From Octopus vulgaris (taxonomy: Eukaryota): a stretch of DNA of 64,000 nucleotides. The stretch is from the NCBI GenBank assembly GCA_951406725.2, contig OX597827.1, forward strand, positions 3,534,001 through 3,598,000. The letters run 5' to 3'. The notes beneath the pieces are model-generated. The model ran no database searches, was not told the DNA's origin, and was given only the letters and a program-made list of their open reading frames with translations. Positions 13,280-27,725 of the stretch are shown piece after piece. The position numbers and the translations under genes are program-made. How positions within the stretch are numbered: position 1 is the first letter of the stretch; each line of letters starts with the position of its first letter.

Positions 13280-14490
13280 AAAAAAGTCAAGGTAGAAAAT
13301 GCTAAAATAATTTTATAAAAAACATTTCACTACCGGTTTCAGACATTGAGACTTTTTCAACTGTAAGTATGGAAAACAATTAAATTTGGGAAAAATTGTA
13401 AGAAAAGTTTTTTTAAAGAATATTTGCATAGTATTCAAGTACAAGGGGCATCTTCCTTGTTTCTGCCTGTCTCTGTCTTTCTTGTTTACTCTTGTGGGTT
13501 TGAGGTCATTGTGAATTCTTGGCAGAGAAGGAGGAGGAGGAGCATGAGGGCTCATTGTGGATTACAGCAGTGATAGGGACTGTTTTTTAATGAATTCTTG
13601 GGTATCTCTTGAGTGTATCATTTTCAATATTTGTGTGTTTGTGTTATTCTAAGGCCATGGGGGATATGTCATTTGTTATAGATGCGTTCAAAAGGGGTCT
13701 GTATTTTGTAATAAAGCAAGTCACTTTACTCATTCATTGGCTACAGGTTGTATCGTCCCTAAATTGGTAGAGGGGAAAACTTCTGAAGCTTGGACTTTTG
13801 TTATTGGCATAAATGTCGATGTGTTAGCTGAATGCTATTTTTCTGCTTTTGGGAATTTTGATCTGGGATCTATACAGAGCCATCCTTTGTTGTAGACTAT
13901 TTTTTGTTTAGCCTATTTATTGCTCTTGACACCCAGAGCAGGTTAGTGCATATATCAGGTTCTCCGAAGCACATGTCAAGCTGCTTTTCACTGTGAAACA
14001 TTATCCTTGTTTGAAGGAGAACACTGATCACTCAATTAAATTGACGCATATCCCACAGTTGGGTCTTCCACATTTTTTAACTGATGGCTTATGTTAGGAG
14101 ACTTTTCATAGATTTGGGTTGTCTCTTGCTTTTTATGATGATGTGTGTTTGGAGGATTAAGTTCATTCTGTGGACCTTTCTTAGCAGGGGAAAGTTTTGA
14201 AGGATGGTGTCAAAGACTTCATTGTTAAGAGGGTTGTGTGTGGAGATGAATGGTAGGGCTTTTGGTTGTAAATCCTTCTTTAATTTGGGATGTCTGAGCT
14301 CATGGATGTTGGGTTGTAGGGCACATTGAGAGCATATGTCAATTGGTGAAGGTGGGTAGATCCTGGTGATGAATGTATTCTTTAGTTCATGTAGTTGTGT
14401 GTTTCTGGTGCTTGCATTAGAAACTATAGTACATATCCTTCATGCTAGGTTGAAGGGGATATTCAGTCTGGTGTGTCTGGGGTAGGAAGA
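13278..14490 (-). mobile_element. Penelope-like retroelement remnant (RT thumb plus GIY-YIG endonuclease, Neptune-like)
   Basis: Minus-strand peptides with stops/frameshifts: RHTRLNIPFNLA*RICTIVSN, FISTHNPLNNEVF, PNCGIC, TCASENLIYALTCSGCQEQ*IG (LIY..C..C..YIG type motif). Confidence 0.85.
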
Positions 14491-15240
14491 AATTCAAAAT
14501 CTTACAGCTGTTTCTGGGATATCCTCAAGTATGGGATATTTCATCATCAAAGACAAATAGGGGGGAAAATATGGAAAATGAGAATGGTATATATCAATAA
14601 GATGACAACATAAAAGAAGGGAGTAGAAGAATTAGGAGACAGAAAGAGAGAAGAAAAAAGAAGCATAAAAGTTCATAGTTCAACTTTCAGAAGTTATAGA
14701 AATGAGAGCATGAGTCCTTAGGTGCAATCTTGTATAGATCCATGAGCGTAAGTCTTTAAGTGCAATCCTGCATATATCCATGTGGGTTAAAGTCCTGCTA
14801 TAGAAGACATCCCAAGAAAAAGAATGGTAGAGGAGGTGGCTATTAAGGTAGTAATCTACAATGGCTCTATAACAGCAATGACCCAAAAAAGGTATGTCCT
14901 CAAATACCTCACACACCTTGTATATATATATATATAAATTTTGAGCACAGTAAAGTTTTAAGAACAGCAGACACAGATTGGATATTTTTACCTTTATAAG
15001 ATGAAAAAAAAGTTGCTGTATCCACCTGCTGGCAACTTTTTTCCATCTTATGAAGATAAATTCCCAATCTGTCTCTGCTCTTCTCACAGTTTTACTGCAT
15101 TTGAAATTTACTTTCTTGTCTATAAAATATCAAACACATTCGACACTTACAATGTTTGTTTATAACATATACATACATGTATGAATGTGTGTAATATATA
15201 TATACATGTAATATAATATACACATACACACATATATATA

Positions 15241-15478
15241 TTCTTTTATTTTATTACTTCTTTCAGTCATTTGACTGTGGCTGTGCTGGAGCACTGCCTT
15301 TAGTCAAACACATCAATCCTAGAACTTACTCTTTGTAAGCCTAGTACTTGTTCTATTGGTCTCTTTTGCCGAACTGCTAAGTTACAGGAACGTAAACACA
15401 CTAACATCAGTTGTCAAGTGATGGTGGGGGGACAAACAGATACAAAAAGAAACACACATATTTATCTATCTATCTATC

Positions 15479-15519
<41 letters not shown>

Positions 15520-15709
15520 ACGGGCTTCTTTCAGTTTCTGTCTGCCAAACCCACTCACAAAGCTCTGGTCAGCCGAAGGCTTTAGGAGAAAACACTTGCC
15601 TATGGTGCAATGTAACTGAACTTGGAACCATGTGGTTGGGAAGCAAGCTTCTTACCACACAGCCATGCTTGCAGCAATAGCTTCTTACAACACAGCCACA
15701 CCTGCACCT
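15241..15709 (-). mobile_element. SINE family A with duplicated head
   Basis: Full body; the CTTCTTAC(C/A)ACACAGCCA head segment occurs twice. Confidence 0.85.
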
Positions 15710-15714
15710 ATGTA

Positions 15715-15746
<32 letters not shown>

Positions 15747-16557
15747 CCTACATATTCACACTTAAGCATACATACGTACACATATATATGTATGACTCCC
15801 CTGAGGATTTGAAGTCCTATGCCTAAGGCAGAGGCCATGCTTATGTGGTAATAAGTTTCAGTTCCACTGCTTGACAACTTATGTCTTCTACAACAGCAAT
15901 AATTTGACCAATGCCTTGTGAGTGGGTTTTGTAAATAGAAATCCGAAGAAGTTTATTGGTTTTTGTGTGTATATATGTATACACCATTATGTATTTGCTT
16001 TGATAGGTATGTATATGTGTGCATCTTTGTGCTTGTGCCTATCCCTGCATTGCTTGACACACATATACATGCATATGCACACACATCTATATAAAAACAC
16101 ACATTTATACACACACATATTTATACACACACACACAAGCATATACATATACACACACATATACGTAGATGCACACATAAGTATACTTTTCTAGTTTTTG
16201 CTAAGTTTGATTAATTCTCATTCCATGATGAAGAAGATACTTTTATGATTTTGAGGTTGTTTTCAACTGTTGATAATTTACAATTCTTTATTTTCATGAG
16301 ACTTGATGATTAGTGTAAGATTGTAGAGTACCATTCAACCAAATGTAATAATGTTATGATTTCAAGAATTATGGGTGACTATAAATGAAATATTAATGTC
16401 TTTGTTTTTGTTGTTGCCCTCATTCTGAGAGTTCTTCTGTAAGACATAAATTGGGATCTCTTTTGACTTCATTATGGCATGATTTATAAGTTCTTGAAGT
16501 AATTTTGTATCTGAAAGAATACCTAAAGTTCTACTAATTGTCTCTCTTGTCTGTGTT

Positions 16558-16890
16558 CATAACTATTGAACATATATTAGATGTAATGTTCTTTTTAGTA
16601 TGGAAAGATCTAAAATTTAGTATATGCATATACACATACATTTATATACACATATACATATATACACATGCATTTATAAATATACATATAGTACCCACAC
16701 ACCCACACACCCACATAACTATTGAACATAGATGTAATGTTCCTTTTAGTATGGAAAGATCTAAAATTTAGTATATGCATATACACATACATTTATATAC
16801 ACATATACATATATGTGCATACATATATACACATAGACACATATATTTACAAATATACAGATTATACCCACACACCCACATGCACACACA
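16558..16890. repeat. tandem duplication, period 156 bp
   Basis: CATAACTATTGAACATA...GGAAAGATCTAAAATTTAGTATATGC at 16558 and again at 16714. Confidence 0.85.
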
Positions 16891-17452
16891 CATATATATA
16901 CATGCAAACATACAAATACATACATGCTTGTATATATAGATAAATGGATAGATATACACATATACATATATATATACACACGTATACATACTCAACCATA
17001 TTTACATATTCACATACACATATATACATATCTAAAAATCTGCATATATACATATTCAAATACCTGCATATATACCCATCTACACACACATACATAAATG
17101 CATATACACACAGCTATAAACATATACATAATTTAATATTTTGAATTGATAATTTAAGTACCATAAAATATATCCACTGTATTTAAGGTCTTGATTATAA
17201 GCATTTTGTTAAACTGCAACAAATTATAATGCAATAATTGTAAGTGGAATACGTTTGCATAGAGCAAAAATCTGACAAAATGGATTCTTCAGTGCAAAAC
17301 TACTTAGAAGCATGAAAAGGAAGGAAATATTTCATTGATAATTCATCATTGAATTCTGCTCTACATCTGTTTCAATGGCTAGAAGACAAATATTTTCATT
17401 CCTATAATTATACAGTTAATATATAAATATACATAATTTTAATGCAGATTAC

Positions 17453-17612
17453 TTGAGTTCAAATTCCGTCGAGGTCGACTTTGCCTTTCATCCTTTCGGG
17501 GTCGATAAATTAAGTACCAGTTACGCACTGGGGTCGATGTAATCGACTTAATCTGTTTGTCTGTCCTTGTTTGTCCCCTCTGTGTTTAGCCCCTTGTGGG
17601 TAATAAAGAAAC
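17453..17612 (+). mobile_element. SINE family B (Meta-domain-like), 5' truncated
   Basis: GAGTTCAAATTCC, GCCTTTCATCCTTTCGGGGTCGATAAATTAAGTACCAG, GTAATAAAGAAA end. Confidence 0.85.
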
Positions 17613-17629
17613 AGATAGCATAGTGGTTA

Positions 17630-18750
17630 AATATGTATCTGTTTTACCATTTTAAAATAAGTTTAGATCAGAACCATACCAAACACATCATTTTCAATGA
17701 ATTCGAGAGGGACTCTTCAGGAATAGAAATGGCAAGAAATAATGACTGTCTATGGGAATGAAGCTTTAAGTGGTCACTCATGCCAACGATGGTGTGACCA
17801 GTTTCACTTAGAAAAGTTTTCTCTTTCAGATTCGCCCCAGTCTGGACAACAGAATTTCTGTCAATACTGAGCTTCTGAAAACGACAGTCAAAGAAAATCC
17901 AAAGTAAACTGCATGATAACCATGCAAAACAGTTTAATTCAAGTCACATTTCAATCATGAAATACTTTTACGAACTAGGAAAAGTTACTACACTTGATTA
18001 GTGGGTCCCTCATCATCTGCTTTTTCTTAGCATATAGTGTTGTCCTCTACTCATCACTGAAAAGTAGATTTGCTACTGAATCTTTCCTGAATAAAATCAC
18101 ACAAGCATTGTAAAGTAGGTTCTCTGTAAATATATCCAACAAAAACAACAAGGGTTAGTGTCCACTATAAAAGAAGAGTCCATCCCAAAAACCAGGTCTA
18201 CACCAGATATAAATTCTGCTGTATCTATTAGGATATGATGAGCTCTATCTATCATGAAGTGTTAAACTAAAATGACACAGATAATGCCAAGAGGTTTTGT
18301 CATCAATTGGAAGCATTGCATGAAAATTTACCAAAATAAAAAAAAAAAAAACCAACTACCATTGGTCAATCCTAAAAGGATGCTGCACTTATATGATAAT
18401 GCAAGACCACATAATGCCCAAGTCACTCAGGAAAATATTTTGGCATAAAATATGGCAGTTTTGCATCATTCTGTTTTCTCCATCTGACTATCAACTTTTC
18501 AGATCATGACAACAATATTCATAAGTAGAGAGTTTATTTGTTGTAAAGGGGTTGAAAAGGACTGACTGCTTTTATTTATTTATATTTTGTTTCAAAACCT
18601 GAAGAATTTTATGCCCAAGGGATCAACAATTTACCAAATGGTTGGAATTATCAATAATGAGAGAAATATAATCGTGATTAAATATGCCAATTAAGACCAA
18701 AGAAGCATTTGTTTCTTTTTCGATTTGAAATGTGACATCTTGAAAGGACT
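17630..18750 (+). mobile_element. mariner transposase pseudogene remnant
   Basis: DNARPH (GATAATGCAAGACCACAT, ~18395), PSDYQLFRS (~18480) and a WVPH-like motif (~18001); many stops. Confidence 0.75.
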
Positions 18751-18813
18751 TCCATCACAACTTAATAAATAAATAAATAGACAGATATATATAAACACAC
18801 ATGCATACATATT

Positions 18814-18924
<111 letters not shown>

Positions 18925-18962
18925 CACACTCATATGTACAAAAGTTATGCCCATACAAACAT

Positions 18963-19343
18963 ATTCTTTTACTTGTTTCAGTCATTTGACTGCAGCCATG
19001 CTGGAGCACCGCCTTTAGTCGAGCAAATCGGCCCCAGGACTTATTCTTTGTAAGCCTAGTACTTATTCTATTGATCGCTTTTGCTGAACTGCTAAGTTAC
19101 GAGGATGTAAACACACCAGCATTGTTGCCAAGCAATGTTGTGGGGGGACAAACACAGACACACACACACATATATATACACGATGGGCTTCTTTTTAGTT
19201 TCCATCTACCAAATCCACTCACAAGGCTTTGGTCAGCCTGAGGCTATAGTAGAAAACACTTGCCCAAGGTGCCACACAGTGGGACTGAACCCGGAACAAT
19301 GTGATTAAAAACAAGCTACTTACCACACAGCCATTCCGTGCCT
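18963..19343 (-). mobile_element. SINE family A
   Basis: Full-length homolog of 225-640. Confidence 0.9.
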
Positions 19344-19929
19344 ATTCATAATATGCTTATATGCATATGTACCTATCCATATATATGCCTATATACACAC
19401 ACACACACTCACAAGCACATAAACTCATGTTTAAACATATACCTGCACCCATACACAAATACTCATCTACTATGGGGCCATCCAGCATCAACTTTTCCCT
19501 CTCCTTTTGCCTACTTATTTCTTACAGTCCTTATCTCCACAGCTTCTTTGCCTCCTCAACACCACATCACTTCTCATTTTACCCCCCTAACCAACCTACA
19601 TGACACATCATTTTCATTCAAATGGCTCCCTCGGGATCTCTCTCCATCCTATAATAAGGATGCGCCATCTTTCCTCCCACACCTGTCCAAATTTTCCCCC
19701 TTATTTTGGACAGCCTTAAACCACCATCTCTTACAAAATCCACCTCATCAACTTTGTCCCTCTCAATTACTCAATCCTGTCAACGGTCCTTTCCCTTTCC
19801 TCATTCATCATCCATCCCTCTAGGATCATTGCCAACTCTCTCATCTATTCTCTTTCAGCTGCAGGTGACATTTTCAGGCCTCAACTTTGCAGGTTACAAG
19901 GCAATCATCACAAGAAGTAGTACCTGACA

Positions 19930-20060
19930 TAAAATGGTTGGCATTAGGAAGGGTATTCAGCAGTAGAAAATATGTCCAAATAGACATTAGAGCAGGACAG
20001 ACCTTCAACATGTCAGACCGAACCCTTGCTACCAAAAAAGCTGGAGTTTAAATGATGATA
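19930..20060 (+). mobile_element. SINE/RTE-tail family C fragment
   Basis: TGGTTGGCATTAGGAAGGGTATTCAGC and AAATGATGATA end; homologous to 58213-58460. Confidence 0.55.
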
Positions 20061-20253
20061 AATGATAAAACCACATATATTCTGTAGAGATATATATGTC
20101 TGCATGTTCTTGTGTTCTTGTGTTTATATGCATATGTGCACTTTTGACATGAAATCATCACCATCAATATTTAACACATTTTCTGTTATGGCACACACAT
20201 GCACACACACAAGATGTTTTGAACTTGGTTTGTGTGTATGCACACATACACAT

Positions 20254-20305
<52 letters not shown>

Positions 20306-21038
20306 CATGTATAATGAAATCTGAGTATATGTACCAGTACATACATACGCTTACACATGCATGTGTATCTATGCACATACACACACATATACATACACAG
20401 ACACACATGCATGTATATTATCTCCATGTGTAAAACACAGTGAGTGAGTGGTAGATAAATGGAATACACATACACACAGATATAGATATATATATATATA
20501 GAGAGAGAGAGAACGATATATGAATAAGTATATGTATAGATATATAATTCCCTGATAATCTGAGAAAAAGAGATGGTGACCAAAAAATAAATACACAAAT
20601 AAATAAGAGGAAAAAAATATTAAGTACTATCTGAAGAAAAAAAAGACAGAAAAAAAGAAACAATAAAGCAACGATAATAAATGCAGTACCACTGACAACA
20701 ACGACAACAACAACGCTAGAAATCTGATGTCTGTTTATAAGAAGTGCTTCATGTTTTTAACAATAATGTAATTTTTTTCTCCCTTTTTTGCCTGCATTTA
20801 TGAGCAAGTGTGTGCATGCTTGCTTTCCATAGATTGTTGGTGCAATTCATGCAAGTGTGTTTGTGAGCCTGTATGTATATTTGCGAGTTTACATGTGTGT
20901 GTGTGTTTGTGTGTGTCTGTATGTATATGTTGGTGTAATTTTTATATGAGTGTAGATAATTTTTCAGAGTTGAAAATCTCGTTACTATGGACACTTCCCC
21001 CTTCTGGCATTATATCTTCTTGTTTACATGAACAGGGA

Positions 21039-21069
<31 letters not shown>

Positions 21070-22100
21070 TTTATATATGCATCTATATATATTTATGCAT
21101 ATTTACGTATGTACATATAAGTACATATATATATACACACACACACACACACGCTTTTCCATACATACACAAATGCACGCAAAGCACACATACATTATAG
21201 GAAAAAAATATAAAATATAAATGATAATAATAAATATATCTAGGTTAATCTTTGTTTATTTTTTTACTTTTTTGTTGCTAAAGAAGCATTCTGGTTTTGT
21301 CTGTGTAAAAGAATGGTATAAAAAATTCATAACCTAAGAAGGGATTATTGATTTTTTTTTTCCATCTCTACCTTGCTGCTTGGGTTGTAGATTTATAGCT
21401 TGATGTAGTTTTTATCTCAGTCATCCCATGTATATATATATTTATATATATATATAAGGTCTGCATGTGTATACGTGAAAATGTATGAAACAGTAATAGC
21501 AAATTTTTTTCTGCAAAAATATTTTTGTGTGCAAAAAAACATTATGCATATACACACATAGATACTTGATATACACATTAATATAAAGCGACACACATTT
21601 ATGTGTGTGTGTATATATATACATATACATATATATACACACACATACATATATATATTATACACACCTAGGTATAGACACACATTATATATATATCTAT
21701 ATATACATACACATATAAACACATATACTCAACTATACATACAGGCATATATAACGATTTATATATACAAATATTTATATATATTTGTATAGATATAAAT
21801 GCAAATATTGATATTTCTACATACAAAGCCATATATCTATATACCCAAGTAACTGTATATAAATATACACACATACACGCTGGGCATCTTTCAGTTTCTG
21901 CTCATTGAATTCCCTCACAAGATTTTGTTGGTCCAGGGCAACATTGAAGAACACTCCTCCAAGGTGCCAAGGTGTCACGCAGTTGGATGCAATTGAAAAA
22001 ATTTAGTGGGGAAGCGAAATTTTTTGCCACACATCCATTGAAAGAAAGAAAAAAAATGAAAGATGCAGATCTAAATAGATATGCATTGCAAAGGTGGTTT

Positions 22101-22144
<44 letters not shown>

Positions 22145-22185
22145 TATACATATATACATACACACACAAATATATCTTTATTTAA

Positions 22186-22216
<31 letters not shown>

Positions 22217-22454
22217 TATATATATATATATTTATATATACATATATATATTTAGATCAAAAAATATATGTACATTCATATATAGTTATATACATATGTG
22301 TATATATATATATGAGTGTGTGCATGCATTTAGGTGTATGTGTATGCATATACATGTATGTACATATACATATATGTATACACGTATTTATATATATATA
22401 TTTATATACATGTATGTACATAAACATATATGTATACACGTATTTATATATATA

Positions 22455-22499
<45 letters not shown>

Positions 22500-22538
22500 A
22501 TTTTTATATATATATATTTTTATATTTATATATTTTTA

Positions 22539-22574
<36 letters not shown>

Positions 22575-22737
22575 ACATCAATATACCTATATAAAGATAA
22601 TATATATGTATTTTACATCAATATATATATATATATACAATGCTTCAAATATTTGTATGTGTATATAGATATATATACACAAACACACACATACAAATAT
22701 AAACCATATATATGTATATACAAGTATATATGTATAT

Positions 22738-24960
22738 AGGACCACCTGAACTCTCTTGTCTTTTTTTGACAAATGAGGACCCATTCTCAAGACACAGCTG
22801 CACAATATTTCTAGTTCAATATTTTGTTATGTCGTTTTGTGTGGGAATTCGTGTCTATCCAGAATCTGCAAATTCAGTTGCAGAAGTACTCTCGGTCATT
22901 TGAGGGTAGACTGAACACAGCTTTATGCTGACCTCTTTGTTCCGTCACAATTTTGATCCAGGCTGCCTGGAAATCAAAGCTGGCTTCGTAGCAAGAACGT
23001 CTCCACTGAGCTCTCTTTAGCACTTCCAATTCTATTGTCTTAAAGATTATCATGCAGGTTTTCAACCAGGTGTTTAGAGTGTCCTTATAAGAAAGCATTG
23101 AGTAATCTAGGTCCCCTGCACCAGAACTAAGCTAATCATAGAAGAGGGCTTAAATAAGCAATTATCTTCTTTGTGTATTATGTGGCCAAACCACTTCAAT
23201 TAGACTTTGATGAGAAAACTCTCTGTGCCTAGAATGTCACATAGAGTAAGCACTATCGTGTTGGGGGATGGTCTTGCCACTCAATGTTGCCAATTGAATG
23301 CAGGGAGATGGAATTTGTCTAGCCTTTTAAAATGGTGTCTCCTGATTGCCCATGTTTCATAGACATATAGGAGAGAAGTAAGCACTGTTGTTTGGTATGC
23401 TTTAATCTTTGAGGCCATGCCAGGCAGATTCCATATTTCCAGTCTGGACTGGAATCTATTGAAAGGTGAGCTTTCCCAAGACAATTACTGAGTGATCCCT
23501 TTATTCAGGTGGGCATTGTTTGACAGAGTGCTTCTTAGGTTGCAGAATTTTGGCACAGCATTTTGAGGGTTCAGGTGTTTGGGGGCTGGCTGATACAAAA
23601 GTTCTACTGTGCATATAGGCAGATCCAAGATAGCATGTTGTAGGAGAGGATCACATTGTTTGCTGTTGGTACCTAAGTAGGACAGTGTTGAAGTGCCCAG
23701 CCCGAAGAGACAAGATGTCAGTCTTATCTGAAAGGAGCTGGGTGCCACCTGATATGAAAACTGCAGTACAACTACTGGACATGGGTTCATAGACTGCCTT
23801 GAGACCCTCATAAGTCTTCATGTCATATTCATCAGCAGTTGCCTCTAGTTCAGGTTGTTCTCCCACCATAGGTTCTTCATAGCCCCCAGTCTGGTTTGCA
23901 GCACTTGTTTTACTTGATGGTACCTGACCTTAGTTTCTGTTGGTGATTTGGCTGATATGTACTCCTTATGAGCACAGTGCATTTTATCAGAGTTTTGCAA
24001 TTTCCTGTTTGTCCACATTGAACCAGTCATGATGTCTCTGCTTGACAAAGCCAAGAATTTCAGATGTTATCTTGTATGTAAGTTGTTTTAAGCTCTTCCA
24101 GTGCTGTTCAATAGTGTCCAGAGCTTTATTCATGGTCTGTCATTATTTAGTACTTTTCTTGTACCTTGAATGCAAATACATTGAGCCTTTATAACAGGTC
24201 TGGTTTTGAGTTTAGATTGTTTGGTTGTAAACTTAAGTACTTAATGGTCCTGACTAGCCTGTGGTCAGACCAGCAATCTGCCTCTGTGACCAATCTGATA
24301 ATGTAAAGATCCTTTTAGTCCCTCTGCTTAAAGTTACATAGTCTATTAGATGTCAGTCTTTTCATCTGGTGTGCATCTAGGATGTTTTGTGCTTGTTGGC
24401 TTGACTACATTTTGTCAATATAATTATTCCCATATGTTCTTTTCTATGCCCAGCCATATCAACTCAGGCAACAGAATCCCCAAGGAGGATCTGCTTGTCT
24501 TTTGTACTGCACTCCTCAAATACTCTACTGAGTTCATCATAGATGGATTCTTTGGATTCCTCTATGTGGGTCACACTTGTAACATAGACACAGTGATGGA
24601 AAGATGGTTATTTGCCAGTTCCAAGTGTAACATCATGGGACTATCATTGATTCCTTTTGATTGTGAGGAAAGGTTGTTATTAAGCTGTAATCATATGACA
24701 AAGCCAACAGCTTTGGGCTCTTTTATGGACTTACGAATCCAGAAGAATATATAGCCCATGCCAGCCACCTCTAACTGACCCTTCTCTACAAATCTTGTCT
24801 CAGTGTTCTGGCTATTCAAGCAGTTTTATGCTCTAGTGTTATCATTGTCTAGCAGTGTCCTAACATTCCATAAGCCAAGGATCAATTTCCTGGTTTTTGA
24901 GCGGTGTCTAGCATTCCTGTTTCTTCAACCACATCATTGAATGAGTAGCCATTAGCAGTT
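22738..24960 (-). mobile_element. RTE-clade LINE, decayed and internally deleted
   Basis: APE N-terminus RKLILGLWNVRTLLDN (~24890); RT C-terminal SKIKAYQTTVLTSLLYVYETW...RLDKFHL (ORF 23281-23484); frameshifts. The 5' UTR may extend to ~25430. Confidence 0.85.
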
Positions 24961-25858
24961 TGACCAGTCACTTTTATACTGTGCAAATTCAAGCACTTCT
25001 TAATTTTTCCATACAAGCCTTTACTAGCCAGAAAAAGGTTTACGTTATAAGTTTCACATTCCTATTTCAGCAAATCAATAAACACACTTTCAGGCTTTTT
25101 TTTTTTAATTTCAAGCCTGCTTATCGGCATATCCGTCAAGTCTGATCTTCAATCTATACATTCAAAAGCCGTTCCAATTTAAGCATGACAATTGCTCTAT
25201 GAAAAAATTAGGTTCAGAGTAACTTATTGAACACAGATTTCTCTCCACTGTCACACATTGCTACTGTAAACATTGCACCCTTTAATGTTTTTTGGCAATG
25301 GAAATGAGTATTTCTCCTGCATTAAGCCTTTTTACAAAATCAAGATTAATATCCAGGATAATCTTTTCAAGGTTCCTTTTTGCACTGCTGCCTTCAGTTC
25401 CACTTGATGGCCTCTTTCCAGACATCTTGAAGTGTAGGTAAATGCAACAGTAGACTCATACAGACATATATGTGCACACATAAACATACAGAATCAGACA
25501 TACACACATACACACACACACACACCTACACAGACTTACAAACATTTATATACAGTAACCTATGCACACACATATATATATATATAAATACAATATAGGG
25601 TATATATGTGTGTATATATGTATATATATATGTGTGTGTGTGTGCGCACCTGTGTATACACACACACACACACACGTGCATACGCCAATGTGAATGCGTA
25701 TAAACACATATGTATGGTAGATGCCAGTACATAAAATACTCAATCCCTGAATCACTGTTACTTATGCCGATTAACAATACACATATATATATTTAGAGAG
25801 AGAGACACATACACTCAACGTTTGACTCCAGTATTTCTCTGTATAACCAAACCTATCA

Positions 25859-25889
<31 letters not shown>

Positions 25890-26064
25890 TACTTATAAAC
25901 CTATATACATACATATTTACACATACTTATATACATACATACACATACAGACATATATACATACACACACACATATATATACATAGATATACATATATAT
26001 ACATACATATACACATACATACAAATACATATACATACACACATACATACAAATACACATATAT

Positions 26065-26095
<31 letters not shown>

Positions 26096-26432
26096 CATAT
26101 ACATACATGCATACACATACTTGCATATATACACACATATACATACACATACATACATGCACATACATATACATACATGCATACATACAGACGTATGTCT
26201 ACATATTGTGGTATCCAGATATCATCATTTTAATGTTGACATTTCTGTACCTGAATTGTTTGAATGGAGTTTACTGAGGCAGGTTTTCTACAACTGGATG
26301 CCTTTTCTGCAACAAACCTTCACTTTTTCTAAACAAGATTATATTTCCACAGTGCCAGACATGTTTCTGCAGAATAATGGAAATGAATGACACTATGTGT
26401 ATGACTGACATTTTCATACATACATACACATA

Positions 26433-27352
26433 CAAGGTACATTCAAAAGTTGTCTGACTGTTTTTTATCAGCCAAAACTAATGCTGTGTGAGCAAAATCC
26501 TTTGGGTGAGAGGTGATGCCACCCAACCTACGCAAGCATGGAAATTTTCATGCCGGTAGGCCATGTCAGATCTCAGCAGTTACACCTAGTGTGTAATGTG
26601 TACTCAGCAGACTTTCGTACTCACCAAACGCATCAAGCAGATATTGCATCATGTTTTTCTAAAAGCTTGGTGATACTCAAGCTCAAACCATCCAGAAGAT
26701 TCAGCAGACTTTTGGCGGTGATGCCATGGATAAAATTCAGATCAAGGTGTGATACAACCTCTTCAAACATGAATGCACCTCAATAGAGAGCAGGGCACAT
26801 TCAGGCATGGCACATCCAGGCAGGCCATTCAGGAAATAATTGAGAAGTTTCAGTGAATTGTCCTGTTAGACTGTTGTGTAACAATCCAGGAAATAATTCA
26901 TGGAGTGGGAATAAGCACAGGCTCAGTGCAGTCCATTTTAATGGAGGATTTGTGCATGCAGAGAGTGTCAGTGCAAATATAAAGTCGGATTTTTTTGATG
27001 CACCTCATAATCAATGCTTTCCTGACCAAGAACAACACACCACTCCTTCAACAGGCTCCCTACTCTCTTGAATTGGCACCGTGTGACTTCTGGATCTTCA
27101 TCAAGCTGAGCACCATGCTGAAGGGGAAACGATTTGAGCCGCAAGAGGAAATCATGGGAAAAGTGATGGAGGAGCTCCGTGGCATTCCAGAGAAACTATT
27201 CCAGAGGTGTTACCAGCAATGGTAGAACCACTGGGAGAAATGTGTGAACTCCCAAGGGGAGGATTTGAAAGGCAATTAAGAAAAAATTATGAAATGTACA
27301 GAACTGTTTATTTTTTATGTCCAAAGGTTGGATACTTTTTGAATACACCTTG
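26433..27352 (+). mobile_element. mariner element, internally deleted
   Basis: TIRs CAAGGTACATTCAAAAG / CTTTTTGAATACACCTTG with TA flanks; PYSLELAPCDFWIF motif. Confidence 0.85.
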
Positions 27353-27361
27353 TATGTATGT

Positions 27362-27666
27362 ATATCACCGTGATCACCGTGACCGACCAGGCTATCAAAT
27401 GTTGCTACACGTCGCTGGTCACAATGCGCTCCACATTGTTTTAGCCTTCAAATGACGCCACCTCGCTGGCTAAGCGAGTAGGCCAACAGAAGAAAGAGTG
27501 AGAGAAAGTTGTGGTGAAAGGGATCGCCACCACCCCCTGCCGGAGCCGCATGGAGCTTTAGGTGTTTTCGCTCAATAAACACTCACAACACCCGGTCTGG
27601 GAATTGAAACCACAATCCTCCGACCGCAAGTCTGCTGCCCTAACCACTGGGCCATTGCGCCTCCAC
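27362..27666 (-). mobile_element. tRNA-derived SINE, family D (young, CpG-rich)
   Basis: Minus strand GTGGAGGCGCAATGGCCCAGTGGTTAGGGCAGCAGACTTGCGGTCGGAGG...GGTTTCAATTCCC with a (CACGGTGAT)-type tail. Confidence 0.85.

Positions 27667-27725
<59 letters not shown>

Noticed and set aside
27585-27666. tRNA gene
   Set aside because: A and B boxes are present, but it continues into a SINE body and tail with no clean acceptor stem; the same holds for the family A and B heads.
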